The notes under the pieces were generated by a model that searched no databases, was not told where the DNA came from, and was given only the letters and a program-made list of their open reading frames with translations. Of a stretch of DNA of 64,000 nucleotides, positions 29,459-38,840 are shown piece by piece (position 1 is the first letter of the stretch; the number at the start of each line of letters is the position of its first letter). The DNA is from a virus, in the IMG/VR virus record IMGVR_UViG_3300013114_000583, positions 1 to 64,000 of that record, one strand, 5' to 3'. A program made the translations under genes and the position numbers.

Positions 29459-30826
29459 TTAAGACCAACTTATTCCGCCAGTTTTCCACTCAGAATGCCC
29501 AAACATATCATAACATTCTGTGTTACACGCTCTCCTTTCAGCGCTTCCTTTCTCAAGGCTACTACATTTCTTTAAACAGTCGTTAATTTTGTAGTTAAGG
29601 GCATCATAGTTTTGCAAATATTTGTTCATTTTTTCAATAAACCTATTTTTTATTTCTTCTGTTATTGCAAAGCTCGATATCGAGGAGCCCGCTTGGCGAT
29701 TTCGGGCCCGAATAGACTTTCTGGAGATCCTATATCTTTGGTTTTGTTTCCTATACTCGTCTTTTATAGCTTCTGGTGGGTATTTTTTGCCGATCTCTTG
29801 CCCAACTTGACCCAAAATACTATTGGGATGTGGGTATTTTGTGCGCAATTTTATAATCCAGCCGTTTTTATCGATGCCCATGAAAGGAAGCCACCAGCCG
29901 GCTGAAAATGACATTCCCGAGGTTGTATCACCAGTTGTTGAATAAAATGCAAAAGTTTCCGTCCGTCCGGTGGCAGATTTCCATGAAGCAACTGTCATCA
30001 GACGATCTTGGTCTGGGTATGCCAAGGGTGACATAAGAAGCTGAACAGATCCGACTTGGATATTGGTGCCTTGATAACGATCACTGAGACCATATTTATC
30101 TTCGTTACCTTCTTCTTTCCACTTCTCAACGGTAGAACGCCAATTTTCCACTATAAGCTTGTGCTCTTTCATGATTGAAAGTCGACCTTGATCATAATCA
30201 CTAGACAAAGAGATCTCTCCTTCTCCTGGTGCTGGATTTGCCATACTTAATCTGCCTGCGCCATTTATAATAATATCTTTTGCTTGCTCATAAGCTGCCT
30301 TAAATTCATCATAACTTTCCGGAGACAGGGCGCCCCTTAGCCACCAATGCTGGTATTCTTGATCAAAGTCGCGTGGATTGTCGCCTTTTCTGGGTGCTGG
30401 AGTTGGAACTTCTACGCCGATAGCTAATGATCCGCGGTGGCCAAATTGCGCAGGCAAGCCGCTGGCGGTGGCCTTCTCATTCGACGCTTTAACATTCGGA
30501 ATCTTGATTTCCTTCTCCAAGTCGACGATTATGCCACCACTCTTCGGAACACTCCTGGGGTATGATTTTCCGCTCCCTTTTCGCATGCCGGATAACATAT
30601 ATCCGGTATTGTCATCCAAAACCCCCCGTAACGTAATATGTCTGTTCCCAGGTGAAAACGTGGTTGATATTTCAAATGTATATATTCTGCCATGACCTGT
30701 TGTTCCACCATAGCGGTTAACCCATAAATTGCCATATCTAATACTCGGTTCCGGAGGTGGCTTCGGTTCTTCCTCTTCTTTGTCCTGGCTTAACCAGTCT
30801 CTCCAACCTTCTATTATAAGTTTCAT
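29459..30826 (-). CDS. hypothetical protein with N-terminal and internal KLIxExWR tags
   Basis: MKLIIEGWRDWL; internal KLIVENWRS. Confidence 0.75.
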   Translation of the reverse strand: MKLIIEGWRDWLSQDKEEEEPKPPPEPSIRYGNLWVNRYGGTTGHGRIYTFEISTTFSPGNRHITLRGVLDDNTGYMLSGMRKGSGKSYPRSVPKSGGIIVDLEKEIKIPNVKASNEKATASGLPAQFGHRGSLAIGVEVPTPAPRKGDNPRDFDQEYQHWWLRGALSPESYDEFKAAYEQAKDIIINGAGRLSMANPAPGEGEISLSSDYDQGRLSIMKEHKLIVENWRSTVEKWKEEGNEDKYGLSDRYQGTNIQVGSVQLLMSPLAYPDQDRLMTVASWKSATGRTETFAFYSTTGDTTSGMSFSAGWWLPFMGIDKNGWIIKLRTKYPHPNSILGQVGQEIGKKYPPEAIKDEYRKQNQRYRISRKSIRARNRQAGSSISSFAITEEIKNRFIEKMNKYLQNYDALNYKINDCLKKCSSLEKGSAERRACNTECYDMFGHSEWKTGGISWS

Positions 30827-30827
30827 A

Positions 30828-31631
30828 TTACATACGCTTCCCTATAAATTTTCTAGGATCTATTAAAGATCCGCTAGCTTTGCCGGATATCCCCGCCGTA
30901 TTAGTACCTGTAAACATCTCTAAATGTAGATGAGGCTGGTTGCAGGCAACCCCAGAGCGCCCAACAGTGCCTATTACTGTATCTTTAGTTACCTTATCAC
31001 CAACCTCGACATTTAAATCATGTAAGTGTGCATACCATGCTGTTATCACCTCCCCTTCTTCTAAGAGGGGGGGATGTTCAATCATGACCCATATTCCACC
31101 CTCTTTCCACTTTTTAAAGCCACCTCCTTCGAATGCTTTTTGTACCCATCTATAAGATTTAAGCGGACAACCGGTTTGGCTTCCTTGGATTCTGTCATCG
31201 CGATAGTCAGTGAGTCTTACATCTTTGTTTATGAAATAGGGTACTTGACGTCCACTGGCTGTTGCTTTATCGATCGCAATTTGGGACTTTGTTGTGAACT
31301 CTGCCACACTCCGCACTGATACAACAGTGCCTTCCGCTAATGGATATACTTTGGTTCCCACTGGGGCGCTTATATCTTGCCCGTTGTGTGCAAACCTCCG
31401 TGAGGCTCGATCTCCCATGGGTGAACTAAATCGGCCAGCCCCTTTAAGAGGGTGTTGGGCCTCACCATCCGAAGAGTATTCTTGAGCGGCTCCCGAAGGG
31501 CCAATCCCGGCATCTTCACCTGAATCTTGCCCGGATAAAGCGTCTTGGGCCGCCTTCGCAAAAATACCGCCAAAACTGTCTTCTATTCCTTCTCGGAGGT
31601 ATTTTCTCCAATTTTCCATGATTAATTTCAT
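30828..31631 (-). CDS. M23 metallopeptidase with MKLIMENW tag
   Basis: HNGQD, YAHL, VGDKV..IGTVG.SG, PHLHLE. Confidence 0.88.
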   Translation of the reverse strand: MKLIMENWRKYLREGIEDSFGGIFAKAAQDALSGQDSGEDAGIGPSGAAQEYSSDGEAQHPLKGAGRFSSPMGDRASRRFAHNGQDISAPVGTKVYPLAEGTVVSVRSVAEFTTKSQIAIDKATASGRQVPYFINKDVRLTDYRDDRIQGSQTGCPLKSYRWVQKAFEGGGFKKWKEGGIWVMIEHPPLLEEGEVITAWYAHLHDLNVEVGDKVTKDTVIGTVGRSGVACNQPHLHLEMFTGTNTAGISGKASGSLIDPRKFIGKRM

Positions 31632-31699
31632 CTAGAATCCCCGTGCGCCGATTTTTTTTGCACGAATTTTTTTCGTAACAACATAAGATCTAATCCACC

Positions 31700-31900
31700 T
31701 TAATCGGCTTGAAGTTGCTTAGGATCAGGTAAACCTTCCAAATACTCGATAAGGGAGGCTCTGATTTTGCGATCCAAAACTTCTAAGTGGTCCTGGTCTT
31801 GCCCGAAAGTTATTAAAGTTTCTAACATCTCGGTTCGATTTCGGGAAGCTTCCCATGGGGTTAGCTTCTTATTATCTAGGTCAATGCAAATTAAACACAT
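31700..31900 (-). CDS. hypothetical protein (N-terminal CxxC)
   Basis: MCLICID... Confidence 0.6.
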   Translation of the reverse strand: MCLICIDLDNKKLTPWEASRNRTEMLETLITFGQDQDHLEVLDRKIRASLIEYLEGLPDPKQLQAD

Positions 31901-31903
31901 ATG

Positions 31904-32515
31904 CTACTCTCCTCCCGCTTGGCCCAGGAGGCGTTGTGCAAGGCGCTCTATAGCAGCACGAATACCTTGCAACTCGCCGCTTCGTGTTCGATTACCAGCA
32001 GAGATACCAGCATTGATCAGCCCCAGTTGAGAAAGGACCTTTTGATCTAAAGTCATATTCTTGAGTTCGTTTTCAAGAGACCATCCGCCATCTCCCTCCG
32101 ACGAATCAGTTTCAACAGATTGAAGAGTCTCGGAACCGCTGATTGATTCATCCACACCTCCCCCGCGGTAAAGCTGTTCAAAAGGAACTTTAGCTATTTT
32201 AAAGGAAGCAGCAACTCGCCTTTGCAAATCATCTATACTGCTATATACTTCCTCAAGTCGGGATTTCAAATCATTTAGTTTGACCACCTTCGCCGCGTCT
32301 GGGTCTGGGCACATGTGTGTGGGTTGAGTTCCTGGCGGCGCCAACGACCCATCAGCCAAACAACCAGCGTGACCCTCATTTAAGACAATATTTAGCTCTT
32401 CTTGGATCATATTAATGACACTTTGCTTAATTCGTCGCGTCGGTTGGCGTTTTTGCTGTGATTCTTGGATTAGTTTTCGAGCTTCCTCCAAAATAACTTG
32501 TTTGATGTGTTGCAT
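31904..32515 (-). CDS. hypothetical protein
   Basis: start reassigned to MQHIKQVILEE after AAGGAG. Confidence 0.7.
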   Translation of the reverse strand: MQHIKQVILEEARKLIQESQQKRQPTRRIKQSVINMIQEELNIVLNEGHAGCLADGSLAPPGTQPTHMCPDPDAAKVVKLNDLKSRLEEVYSSIDDLQRRVAASFKIAKVPFEQLYRGGGVDESISGSETLQSVETDSSEGDGGWSLENELKNMTLDQKVLSQLGLINAGISAGNRTRSGELQGIRAAIERLAQRLLGQAGGE

Positions 32516-32576
32516 ATATTCACTCCTTGGGGATGCCTGAAAGTCCCAAAATTTTTTGGCGTTATAATAATTAGTG

Positions 32577-32765
32577 CTATTTTTTCTTTGGGAAACCGAA
32601 ATACAACAAATAAAGCACCATTTCTGCCGCAATTGCGACCAAAAGGTAGTCAATCCACTCACCAATCACGAATTGTTCTATGGAAACAAGAAGAATTTGA
32701 GTTGAAATCACCAGCAGGTACTGGAATTTCCTCATCTCGCACTTATCGTGGAGCTCTTTCTTCAT
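32577..32765 (-). CDS. small membrane protein
   Basis: two hydrophobic segments; CTAATTA motif 4 nt upstream. Confidence 0.55.
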   Translation of the reverse strand: MKKELHDKCEMRKFQYLLVISTQILLVSIEQFVIGEWIDYLLVAIAAEMVLYLLYFGFPKKK

Positions 32766-32805
32766 ATGTTAATTAGTTGGTGATGTTATAACGATGTTAT
32801 AATGC

Positions 32806-33048
32806 CTACATGCGATCGCTTATATGGCCTTTCGTTTTCTTATTAATTTGGGTAATCTGTGTAAGAATGTCGTTCAAGAGTCGGACAATTTCAGTATTAC
32901 CGGTCTCTGCGGCTGGTTTTGGCGGTGGCTGCGTAAACATATGTATTTCTTCGGGCCCTTCTTGTTCCGGATCAGTGGGGCCTTCCATTTCAAGGACTTT
33001 TTTCACTTCTTCTGCGATGATTTGTTTAATTTCATTAAGATTTTTCAT
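32806..33048 (-). CDS. hypothetical protein (MKNLNEIKQIIAEE tag)
   Basis: shares first 18 nt with gene at 33677. Confidence 0.7.
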   Translation of the reverse strand: MKNLNEIKQIIAEEVKKVLEMEGPTDPEQEGPEEIHMFTQPPPKPAAETGNTEIVRLLNDILTQITQINKKTKGHISDRM

Positions 33049-33080
33049 TTTTATAATTCCCTTCCAATTTCCGTATTATA

Positions 33081-33677
33081 TTAAAAGTCATGTAACGGCG
33101 GAGGTGTTACGTCAATTGGCTTCCAAGGATCTTCATCAAACCCAACCCCGAAAACTGACTCCGGCCCATGTACCACTATTTTTAAACAAATTAGATAAGC
33201 GCCTAATACTTTTTTTACGTCTTCGGGTTCGATGGGACGTGTACCGACGGGATGAGCTCCCTTGCCGTAAGCATTCATCAACCATTTCTCCATTTTTTCG
33301 GCGCTGTATTCTTGGCTGCCAAAACACGTATCGCAAGAAAACTTCATGTTCAGTGCCTCAACTGCTTTACCTTTACCCCCAGAACATTGTTTTTGGAGCA
33401 CTCTGATGCTACTAGCTATTCTTTCAACCGGCATAAGCTTTACCGCATCAAAAGGACTGTGTTTAGTCGGATAGTCAACATCTTCACCGCTTTGAGTATA
33501 TTCTCCACCTACAGCGGTACTTACACCTGGGTTTGCCTCTCTGAAGGCTTTGGCCATATCGTTTAGTGTTTCTTCCCCCCAATCTCCTAATTTCTGCAGC
33601 TGAGCCTGGGCATCTTCTTTTATTACAAGCTTTCTCCAGTTCTCCATTATTAGTTTCATTTCATTAAGATTTTTCAT
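33081..33677 (-). CDS. hypothetical protein with MKLIMENW tag
   Basis: MKNLNEMKLIMENWRKLVIKE. Confidence 0.75.
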   Translation of the reverse strand: MKNLNEMKLIMENWRKLVIKEDAQAQLQKLGDWGEETLNDMAKAFREANPGVSTAVGGEYTQSGEDVDYPTKHSPFDAVKLMPVERIASSIRVLQKQCSGGKGKAVEALNMKFSCDTCFGSQEYSAEKMEKWLMNAYGKGAHPVGTRPIEPEDVKKVLGAYLICLKIVVHGPESVFGVGFDEDPWKPIDVTPPPLHDF

Positions 33678-33690
33678 ATTGTTTATTCCT

Positions 33691-34296
33691 TTAAGTTGTT
33701 GGCCGATGGCCTGAACGGGTTTCCAAATATTGGAGCACTTTCTGAAGTTTCCTTATCGATTCCGCAACATTTGCAGGGACGTCCCAGTCTGCTTGCTGAG
33801 CATGCAAGAGTTGGCGATTCGCCCATCCATCGCGCGGCTCGCCAACCACTGGCCGGCCGGGTGCTGCATTGCGCCTAGGTTCTGCTTCGCGAGCTCGAAG
33901 CTTGGAGAGGTCCAATGGTTTGCCTCTTCTTTCCCGCCTGGCACTATCTTCAGCCGCATCCCACTCTTCTGCTTCTGTACCCGTCATTTGGGACCTTTGA
34001 CCTTCGGGAGTTTTAAGCCATTCAGCGTATTCTGCCTGCTCTCTCGCGGTCCGAGCGCGCTCTCCTTTCTGCCATTCGTGGTGTTCATCGTCTGGAATGG
34101 CCCAAGGCGGCAAACCCAGCCTTTTGGCCTCTGCCCACTGGCGTTCGCTGTATTCCACGTCATATCGTCCGGCTTGTTTATTCCATCGCTCCTCGTTTGA
34201 ACCCTCAAGATCGCCGAATTTATTTCTTCTTCGTCCGGGACTTTCTGATAAAAGCTTTCTCCAATTTTCTACTATTAGCTTCATTTCTTTATCCAT
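33691..34296 (-). CDS. hypothetical protein with MKLIVENW tag
   Basis: MDKEMKLIVENWRKLLSE; AAGGAG SD. Confidence 0.75.
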   Translation of the reverse strand: MDKEMKLIVENWRKLLSESPGRRRNKFGDLEGSNEERWNKQAGRYDVEYSERQWAEAKRLGLPPWAIPDDEHHEWQKGERARTAREQAEYAEWLKTPEGQRSQMTGTEAEEWDAAEDSARRERRGKPLDLSKLRAREAEPRRNAAPGRPVVGEPRDGWANRQLLHAQQADWDVPANVAESIRKLQKVLQYLETRSGHRPTT

Positions 34297-34379
34297 CTAA
34301 AATACTCCTTGAAAAGTCTCATTTTTTTGTGGTTGTTATAATTAGTTGCTATTTTCCTTTAAAATCTCAAAATTTTATC

Positions 34380-34850
34380 TGCGCATCGTGAATGTCCCTG
34401 CCCGCGCACATTTCACTACATGTAGGTATGGTACTTACATTCGGGTACATAGGGGGGGAGGGGGGAGGGGGGCCTACATGTAGGTGCTCACACAGAAATG
34501 AATACATCCTCCTACACGTAAGTGCTTTGCCTACATGGTGGTACACTGGAGCACATATGTGTACAATGTGTTCTTATTGCATACACTGTGGTTTAATGTA
34601 TATATATTCTTACTCTCGACCACATGTGTGGGAGTGTAGGGCGATGTAGGTAAGGTAGGTAAAAAAATACCCTTGACTACATGGTGGTTGGGTGTAGTCA
34701 AGGGTAGGTTCCCCACGCACAATGTACGGTGGAGTAAGTGGGTGTGCGCTATGTCCTACATTGTCGGTCTAGCGCGTACACTGTGTGATATGGTGCGAAT
34801 CATCGTATAATGGGGCACATTTCCTTACGTGGCGGTAAAGGTAGGCGGTT
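34380..34850. other. non-coding boundary region with ACATGT-core palindromes and G-tracts (candidate origin, packaging site or terminus)
   Basis: CTACATGTAG 34416, G7AG6AG6 34452-34472, CCTACATGTAGG 34473, CACATATGTG, many CTACA/TGTAG half-sites. Confidence 0.45.
34661..34706 (-). terminator. intrinsic terminator
   Basis: 14-bp IR TACCCTTGACTACA/TGTAGTCAAGGGTA followed by T7 on minus. Confidence 0.7.
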
Positions 34851-34853
34851 TGC

Positions 34854-35090
34854 CTACCCTTCCTCACCTTGCGCTAGAACTTCCGTGAGAGCCGTTTGAA
34901 GGTCCAGCAGGGCCGCGCTGTCCAGATTGATAGCCGCGCTCTTACGTGCGCCGTTAAGGGTACGGAACGACACGCCCGCGCTGACACCGTTAACGATGCT
35001 TTGCGAGATTTGAACGCCTGCTTTGCCGTCCTCAGTCGATACGGAGAAGGCGATGTTAGTAATGTTGGACTGTTGTCTGCGGAGTGCCAT
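34854..35090 (-). CDS. small early protein (paralog of 36201-36467)
   Basis: QSNI..VNG..AGV..RT.NG..KSAAI.LD..AL.DL shared. Confidence 0.75.
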   Translation of the reverse strand: MALRRQQSNITNIAFSVSTEDGKAGVQISQSIVNGVSAGVSFRTLNGARKSAAINLDSAALLDLQTALTEVLAQGEEG

Positions 35091-35168
35091 GATTTGGCCT
35101 TTCATTTTCCGGCTGCGGTGCCGGGTTGTTGGTTTCGAGGGGTCAAAATTCCCTCATTTCGTATATAT

Positions 35169-35197
35169 ATTATCTCATAAAAAACGAAAAAAAACAA
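35169..35197 (-). promoter_or_regulatory. sigma70-like promoter (extended -10)
   Basis: TTGTTT-17-GATAAT with TG; followed by ATATATACG like sibling promoters. Confidence 0.5.
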
Positions 35198-35303
35198 TTA
35201 AATCGTAAAACCTCAATGATATCAAGGGCTTAAGATTTGGCTGTTCTCGGGCTTCCGTGCCCGTGAAAACAAAACATCATTTGTCCCACCTTTAACCACA
35301 TCG

Positions 35304-35375
35304 GCCCACAGGTAGGATACAGTGCGTTCCTATACGACATGTCGTCGCTCCCCCTACACTGTCCTACCTGTGGGC
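35304..35375. repeat. 14-bp inverted repeat enclosing palindrome CGACATGTCG
   Basis: GCCCACAGGTAGGA 35304-35317 / TCCTACCTGTGGGC 35362-35375. Confidence 0.8.
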
Positions 35376-35454
35376 TAACTGCTTACATCAACCGACATCC
35401 CTTGCGTCAAGGGTTTGACGCGTCAAGATATTGGCGGCGATGTAGGTTCCGCGC

Positions 35455-35697
35455 CTACAGTTTAAAAATTAACGCTGACAATCTATCGGGTGTTACATTG
35501 TTAACGAGCCAATGCCACCGGTTCGCGAGTGCCTGAGCATCCGATAGATTATTTACGTTGCCGGACATCGAAACTTCGGCTTCAGTCCCGAAAACGTAAG
35601 TAAACGAACCATCTTCGACCTCTTTAATGATAAAAAGGTGTTCTAAAAGCTCGCCAACCCACATATCGGGCTCGTGGTGTTCCCAATCAATTAACAT
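35455..35697 (-). CDS. hypothetical protein
   Basis: 80-aa ORF. Confidence 0.55.
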   Translation of the reverse strand: MLIDWEHHEPDMWVGELLEHLFIIKEVEDGSFTYVFGTEAEVSMSGNVNNLSDAQALANRWHWLVNNVTPDRLSALIFKL

Positions 35698-35891
35698 ACC
35701 GTTAATATAATTACGTTGACAAAGGGAAATAAGTATGTATTAACGTCACACTACTTTAAATCCCCTTCAACCAACTCTTTTTAGCAAAGGCGACAGTTTT
35801 TTGACTATTAAACTGTGCTGTGTTAGTTTCCTAACACTACTTTCGATTCTTCCTTTTTGTTGCAGCCCATGCTTTACTCACTGATGTACGC

Positions 35892-36077
35892 TTACTCATA
35901 TTCGTGTGTCCCCTCGTTTCCGATGAGACGAATAGTCCCGGCAAGGTCAGCAGTTTGGACCCATCTCTGTGCGCCATTTTCCCATTGGACAAGGGTTTCA
36001 CGTGCGCCGCGTCGTTGTTCGATGGCAACGCCATTCTTTTGTTTAACGTGTGTAGTGATTTTTGATTGTACGAACAT
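35892..36077 (-). CDS. small SH3-like hypothetical protein
   Basis: G.....LVQWENGAQRWV...DL pattern. Confidence 0.55.
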   Translation of the reverse strand: MFVQSKITTHVKQKNGVAIEQRRGARETLVQWENGAQRWVQTADLAGTIRLIGNEGTHEYE

Positions 36078-36200
36078 TACTTGACCACCTCAGAAAGCCT
36101 GATAGGGCGATTTGGAAGGCAGCCTCGGGGCCTGCGACGACGACCGGCGATGTATGACCAATCGCGTGACCGGTAGAGTCGTGGTGTGGAAAAAAGCATA

Positions 36201-36467
36201 TTAGTTGACCTCGGATTCAGCACCAACGGCAAGAACTTCATTGACCGCGGTGAGCAGGTCAGTAAGGGCTTCGTGGTCGAGGCCAATGGCTGCGGACTTC
36301 TGGCCACCGTTAATGGTGCGGACTGTTACGCCTGCATTAGCACCATTGACAACAGCTTGATTGATTTCAATCCCCTGTTGCTTGAGCTTGCGGCCCTTGC
36401 TATCTTCACCGGCTTGGTTAAGGATAGTGAATCCTACGTTAACGATATTAGATTGTACTCGCTTCAT
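36201..36467 (-). CDS. small early protein (paralog of 34854-35090)
   Basis: see paralog; GAAAGG SD; directly after promoter. Confidence 0.75.
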   Translation of the reverse strand: MKRVQSNIVNVGFTILNQAGEDSKGRKLKQQGIEINQAVVNGANAGVTVRTINGGQKSAAIGLDHEALTDLLTAVNEVLAVGAESEVN

Positions 36468-36534
36468 TTGGGTTGTCCTTTCAAAGACATATTGTGAGGG
36501 GGACTGGAAATAGGCCCTTCTCGATTGTGTTTAT

Positions 36535-36563
36535 ATAGTAACACGGTTCATTGATTGGGTCAA
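36535..36563 (-). promoter_or_regulatory. sigma70 promoter
   Basis: TTGACC-17-TACTAT, TG extension. Confidence 0.75.
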
Positions 36564-36607
36564 GAAAAAAGTGACCCTCTTTGTAATTTTATTATTTATA
36601 GTCTCGA

Positions 36608-36868
36608 CTAATTGTAAAGGTTGTAGTAAGCCTGTGAATCGAAGAAATAACCATCCTCATCACGTCTGCCGACCTCGGGTTGCTCTTCGCGGTCATCGAA
36701 AGCGCACCCATCTTGCATCATTGCAGTTGACAAAAGGTCGTTCGCTAAGACATCATAACCCATTGTCCAAGCGCGGTTGGCTTTAGCAAGTGTGATTGCC
36801 CGGTCTGAGCCCTCGACACACATATAATAAGCACCCTTGAATGGCACTGAAACATAATTAATACTCAT
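36608..36868 (-). CDS. hypothetical protein
   Basis: 86-aa ORF, GAGGG SD. Confidence 0.6.
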   Translation of the reverse strand: MSINYVSVPFKGAYYMCVEGSDRAITLAKANRAWTMGYDVLANDLLSTAMMQDGCAFDDREEQPEVGRRDEDGYFFDSQAYYNLYN

Positions 36869-36883
36869 TTAATTCACCCTCTC

Positions 36884-37219
36884 TTAAAAAATAATCGACT
36901 TCGGTCGAATGAAAAATTCAAATGGCCCCACATGCAATATACTATAAGGCGTCGTGGTGTCTTCACTCAATACCAACGAATAACGCTTGTAGCTTAGGCC
37001 CCAGCGTCGAATATCAAACGCGGAAAACACAGTTAAATTGCCGATGTGATCGAAGCGCGGATAAGTGATAGCCGTGTTGCCCTTTGCAGTCTTCCAAACT
37101 TTCATAACAAATGAATCCCAATCCATAGTGCAAGTGCAGTCCATGGGATTGCAACCAAGCCCAAAAGAATCCAATGATTCAACTTCATTAACAATACCCC
37201 ATTGGTTCACCGGCATCAT
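36884..37219 (-). CDS. hypothetical protein
   Basis: 111-aa ORF; start uncertain. Confidence 0.45.
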   Translation of the reverse strand: MMPVNQWGIVNEVESLDSFGLGCNPMDCTCTMDWDSFVMKVWKTAKGNTAITYPRFDHIGNLTVFSAFDIRRWGLSYKRYSLVLSEDTTTPYSILHVGPFEFFIRPKSIIF

Positions 37220-37439
37220 TATAGATTATTGAATCGCGCATGTTATGGTATTCTTCCCAATCGTCCTGTTTGCCACAGTGGGCCATATCTTCGAAGTTGG
37301 CCGCCTCAACATCATCACAGCGGGCTTCGTAATCATCCTCGCCCCTATCGTGACCATTTTCATCATGTGAACACGACGGGCACCACTCGGCATCGAAGAT
37401 AATAACCGCACAATCATCATTAATACATTTAATAGCCAT
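37188..37439 (-). CDS. small acidic Cys-containing protein
   Basis: CxxxxC..CxxC; AAGGGG SD. Confidence 0.6.
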   Translation of the reverse strand: MAIKCINDDCAVIIFDAEWCPSCSHDENGHDRGEDDYEARCDDVEAANFEDMAHCGKQDDWEEYHNMRDSIIYNDAGEPMGYC

Positions 37440-37448
37440 TGTGTCCCC

Positions 37449-37796
37449 TTATGCCAAACCGAACTTCTTGAGCATATCCTGAACATCGTCCATACTCAAG
37501 GGGACATCGTGCACCGATACATCAACCTTGCGCTTATCCGATGGCGCGGGTGCTAGTTTCGTTGTTTCGGCGCGGATTTCGTCCTCTGTCCACTCGCCGC
37601 TTTCGAGGTCATGGTCCGTCAAAACCAAGGTGCGGGCAGGGAGGCGTTTGACGCGCAAGGTCTTTGCAACTTCGGCGCGGGCTTCGGCCTTCGTGACCTT
37701 GCGCCATACGGTAACGCCGCCGGTCCACAAAGCGTGATCATTGTTAGCGTCATCGGCTAGCCGATAGTGAATTCGAGTAGGTTTGGGGGTCCTCAT
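37449..37796 (-). CDS. hypothetical early protein
   Basis: directly after promoter, GAAAGG SD. Confidence 0.7.
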   Translation of the reverse strand: MRTPKPTRIHYRLADDANNDHALWTGGVTVWRKVTKAEARAEVAKTLRVKRLPARTLVLTDHDLESGEWTEDEIRAETTKLAPAPSDKRKVDVSVHDVPLSMDDVQDMLKKFGLA

Positions 37797-37828
37797 AAAT
37801 AAGAGCCTTTCTCATTGTGTGTATATAT

Positions 37829-37857
37829 ATACTAACACGGATCAGCGTTTCAAGCAA
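37829..37857 (-). promoter_or_regulatory. sigma70 promoter
   Basis: TTGCTT-17-TAGTAT, TG extension. Confidence 0.7.
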
Positions 37858-37926
37858 GAAAAATCGTACCTAAAATAGTAAAAACTTTCGATACAATCAA
37901 CCATGGATTGTTCTGAACTCTTGAAC

Positions 37927-38136
37927 TCACATCGGATCGGCACTGTAAGCGATTGGTGTTGAAATTACCAATAACTCTAAATCACCCTCATCGAACCATC
38001 GGTCACCATGCGACTGGTGCATAGTATGCCATCGCACGTAAACATTGCTCGCCCGATGAGGAAAATCGCGCACCGATTGAACCAAGCCAACCACATTGCG
38101 ACCATGACGAAGTCTAACCAGATCGCCAACTTTCAT
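37927..38136 (-). CDS. MKVGDLV-family KOW/SH3-like small protein
   Basis: MKVGDLV..VGLV..VYVRW..W...DLELL. Confidence 0.75.
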   Translation of the reverse strand: MKVGDLVRLRHGRNVVGLVQSVRDFPHRASNVYVRWHTMHQSHGDRWFDEGDLELLVISTPIAYSADPM

Positions 38137-38149
38137 AAAACTAAACTCT

Positions 38150-38834
38150 CGGTTTATGTTTGTGTTCCAAGTGAAGCGTTCGCTTCACACGAAAAATGCC
38201 AAGGGTTCCCAGCTTCCCTTGACTAGATGTGACCTAACGCTTACGCAACGATCCAACCGTTCTGCACTCTATAGAGCGGCTTACGATGCTCCGAAAAGCA
38301 GCTGGTCCCGTTCACATCCCCCACAATGGCATACAGCCTACTAGCTCGTCCCGCCTACTAGCTCGTCCCGCGCATATGCGCTCGGTGCAATTCGGCTCGG
38401 TGCAATTCGGCTGCATACCAAAATAAATCTAATGCCAAGCGTCGGAACACCCATGTCCGATCAAGGGCTTGTCTAGCCATGTTTTCCTTCACACTGGTAG
38501 CAACTCCAGTGTGACATTAAGCTCGAAGGTCTGCAATAAGATGCTGCGTTTAGTCACGCAATGCAGCCACTCGACATCAGAATCATTAAATCTAAACAGC
38601 ACTTGAGCTTGTGGAAGGTTTGCCGGCGTGCACAACGACTCACCTCGCAACCCAAGTCCAGACCCCATTGGCTTGTCGGCCTTCATGGCACCCCCTACGT
38701 TCTCGGGAGTGGGCACGATTCGAACATGCCTCTTGGTTTTACTGCTCTACACTGTTATCCATGACAAGTGATCAATCTTGCAGCACGGACAACACTCAAA
38801 TGCTGATTACGTTCAACGATCCTCAATTGTTTAT
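38150..38834 (-). ncRNA. candidate large structured ncRNA (~690 nt)
   Basis: perfect promoter upstream, no credible ORF, many hairpins including UUCG, GNRA and T-loop-like loops. Confidence 0.55.
38336..38412. repeat. two adjacent tandem duplications (17 bp x2; 15 bp x2)
   Basis: GCCTACTAGCTCGTCCC x2 (38336-38369); GCTCGGTGCAATTCG x2 (38380-38409). Confidence 0.9.
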
Positions 38835-38840
38835 GTGTAT

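Noticed and set aside
38489-38716. 75-aa ORF as a real gene
   Set aside because: Weak RBS, no motif, and it lies in hairpin-dense sequence.
38690-38760. tRNA gene at the TTCGAAT hairpin
   Set aside because: T-arm only, with no acceptor or anticodon stems; treated as part of the ncRNA candidate.
38150-38834. RNase P RNA
   Set aside because: The conserved GAGGAAAGUCC and terminal P4 motifs were not found by eye.
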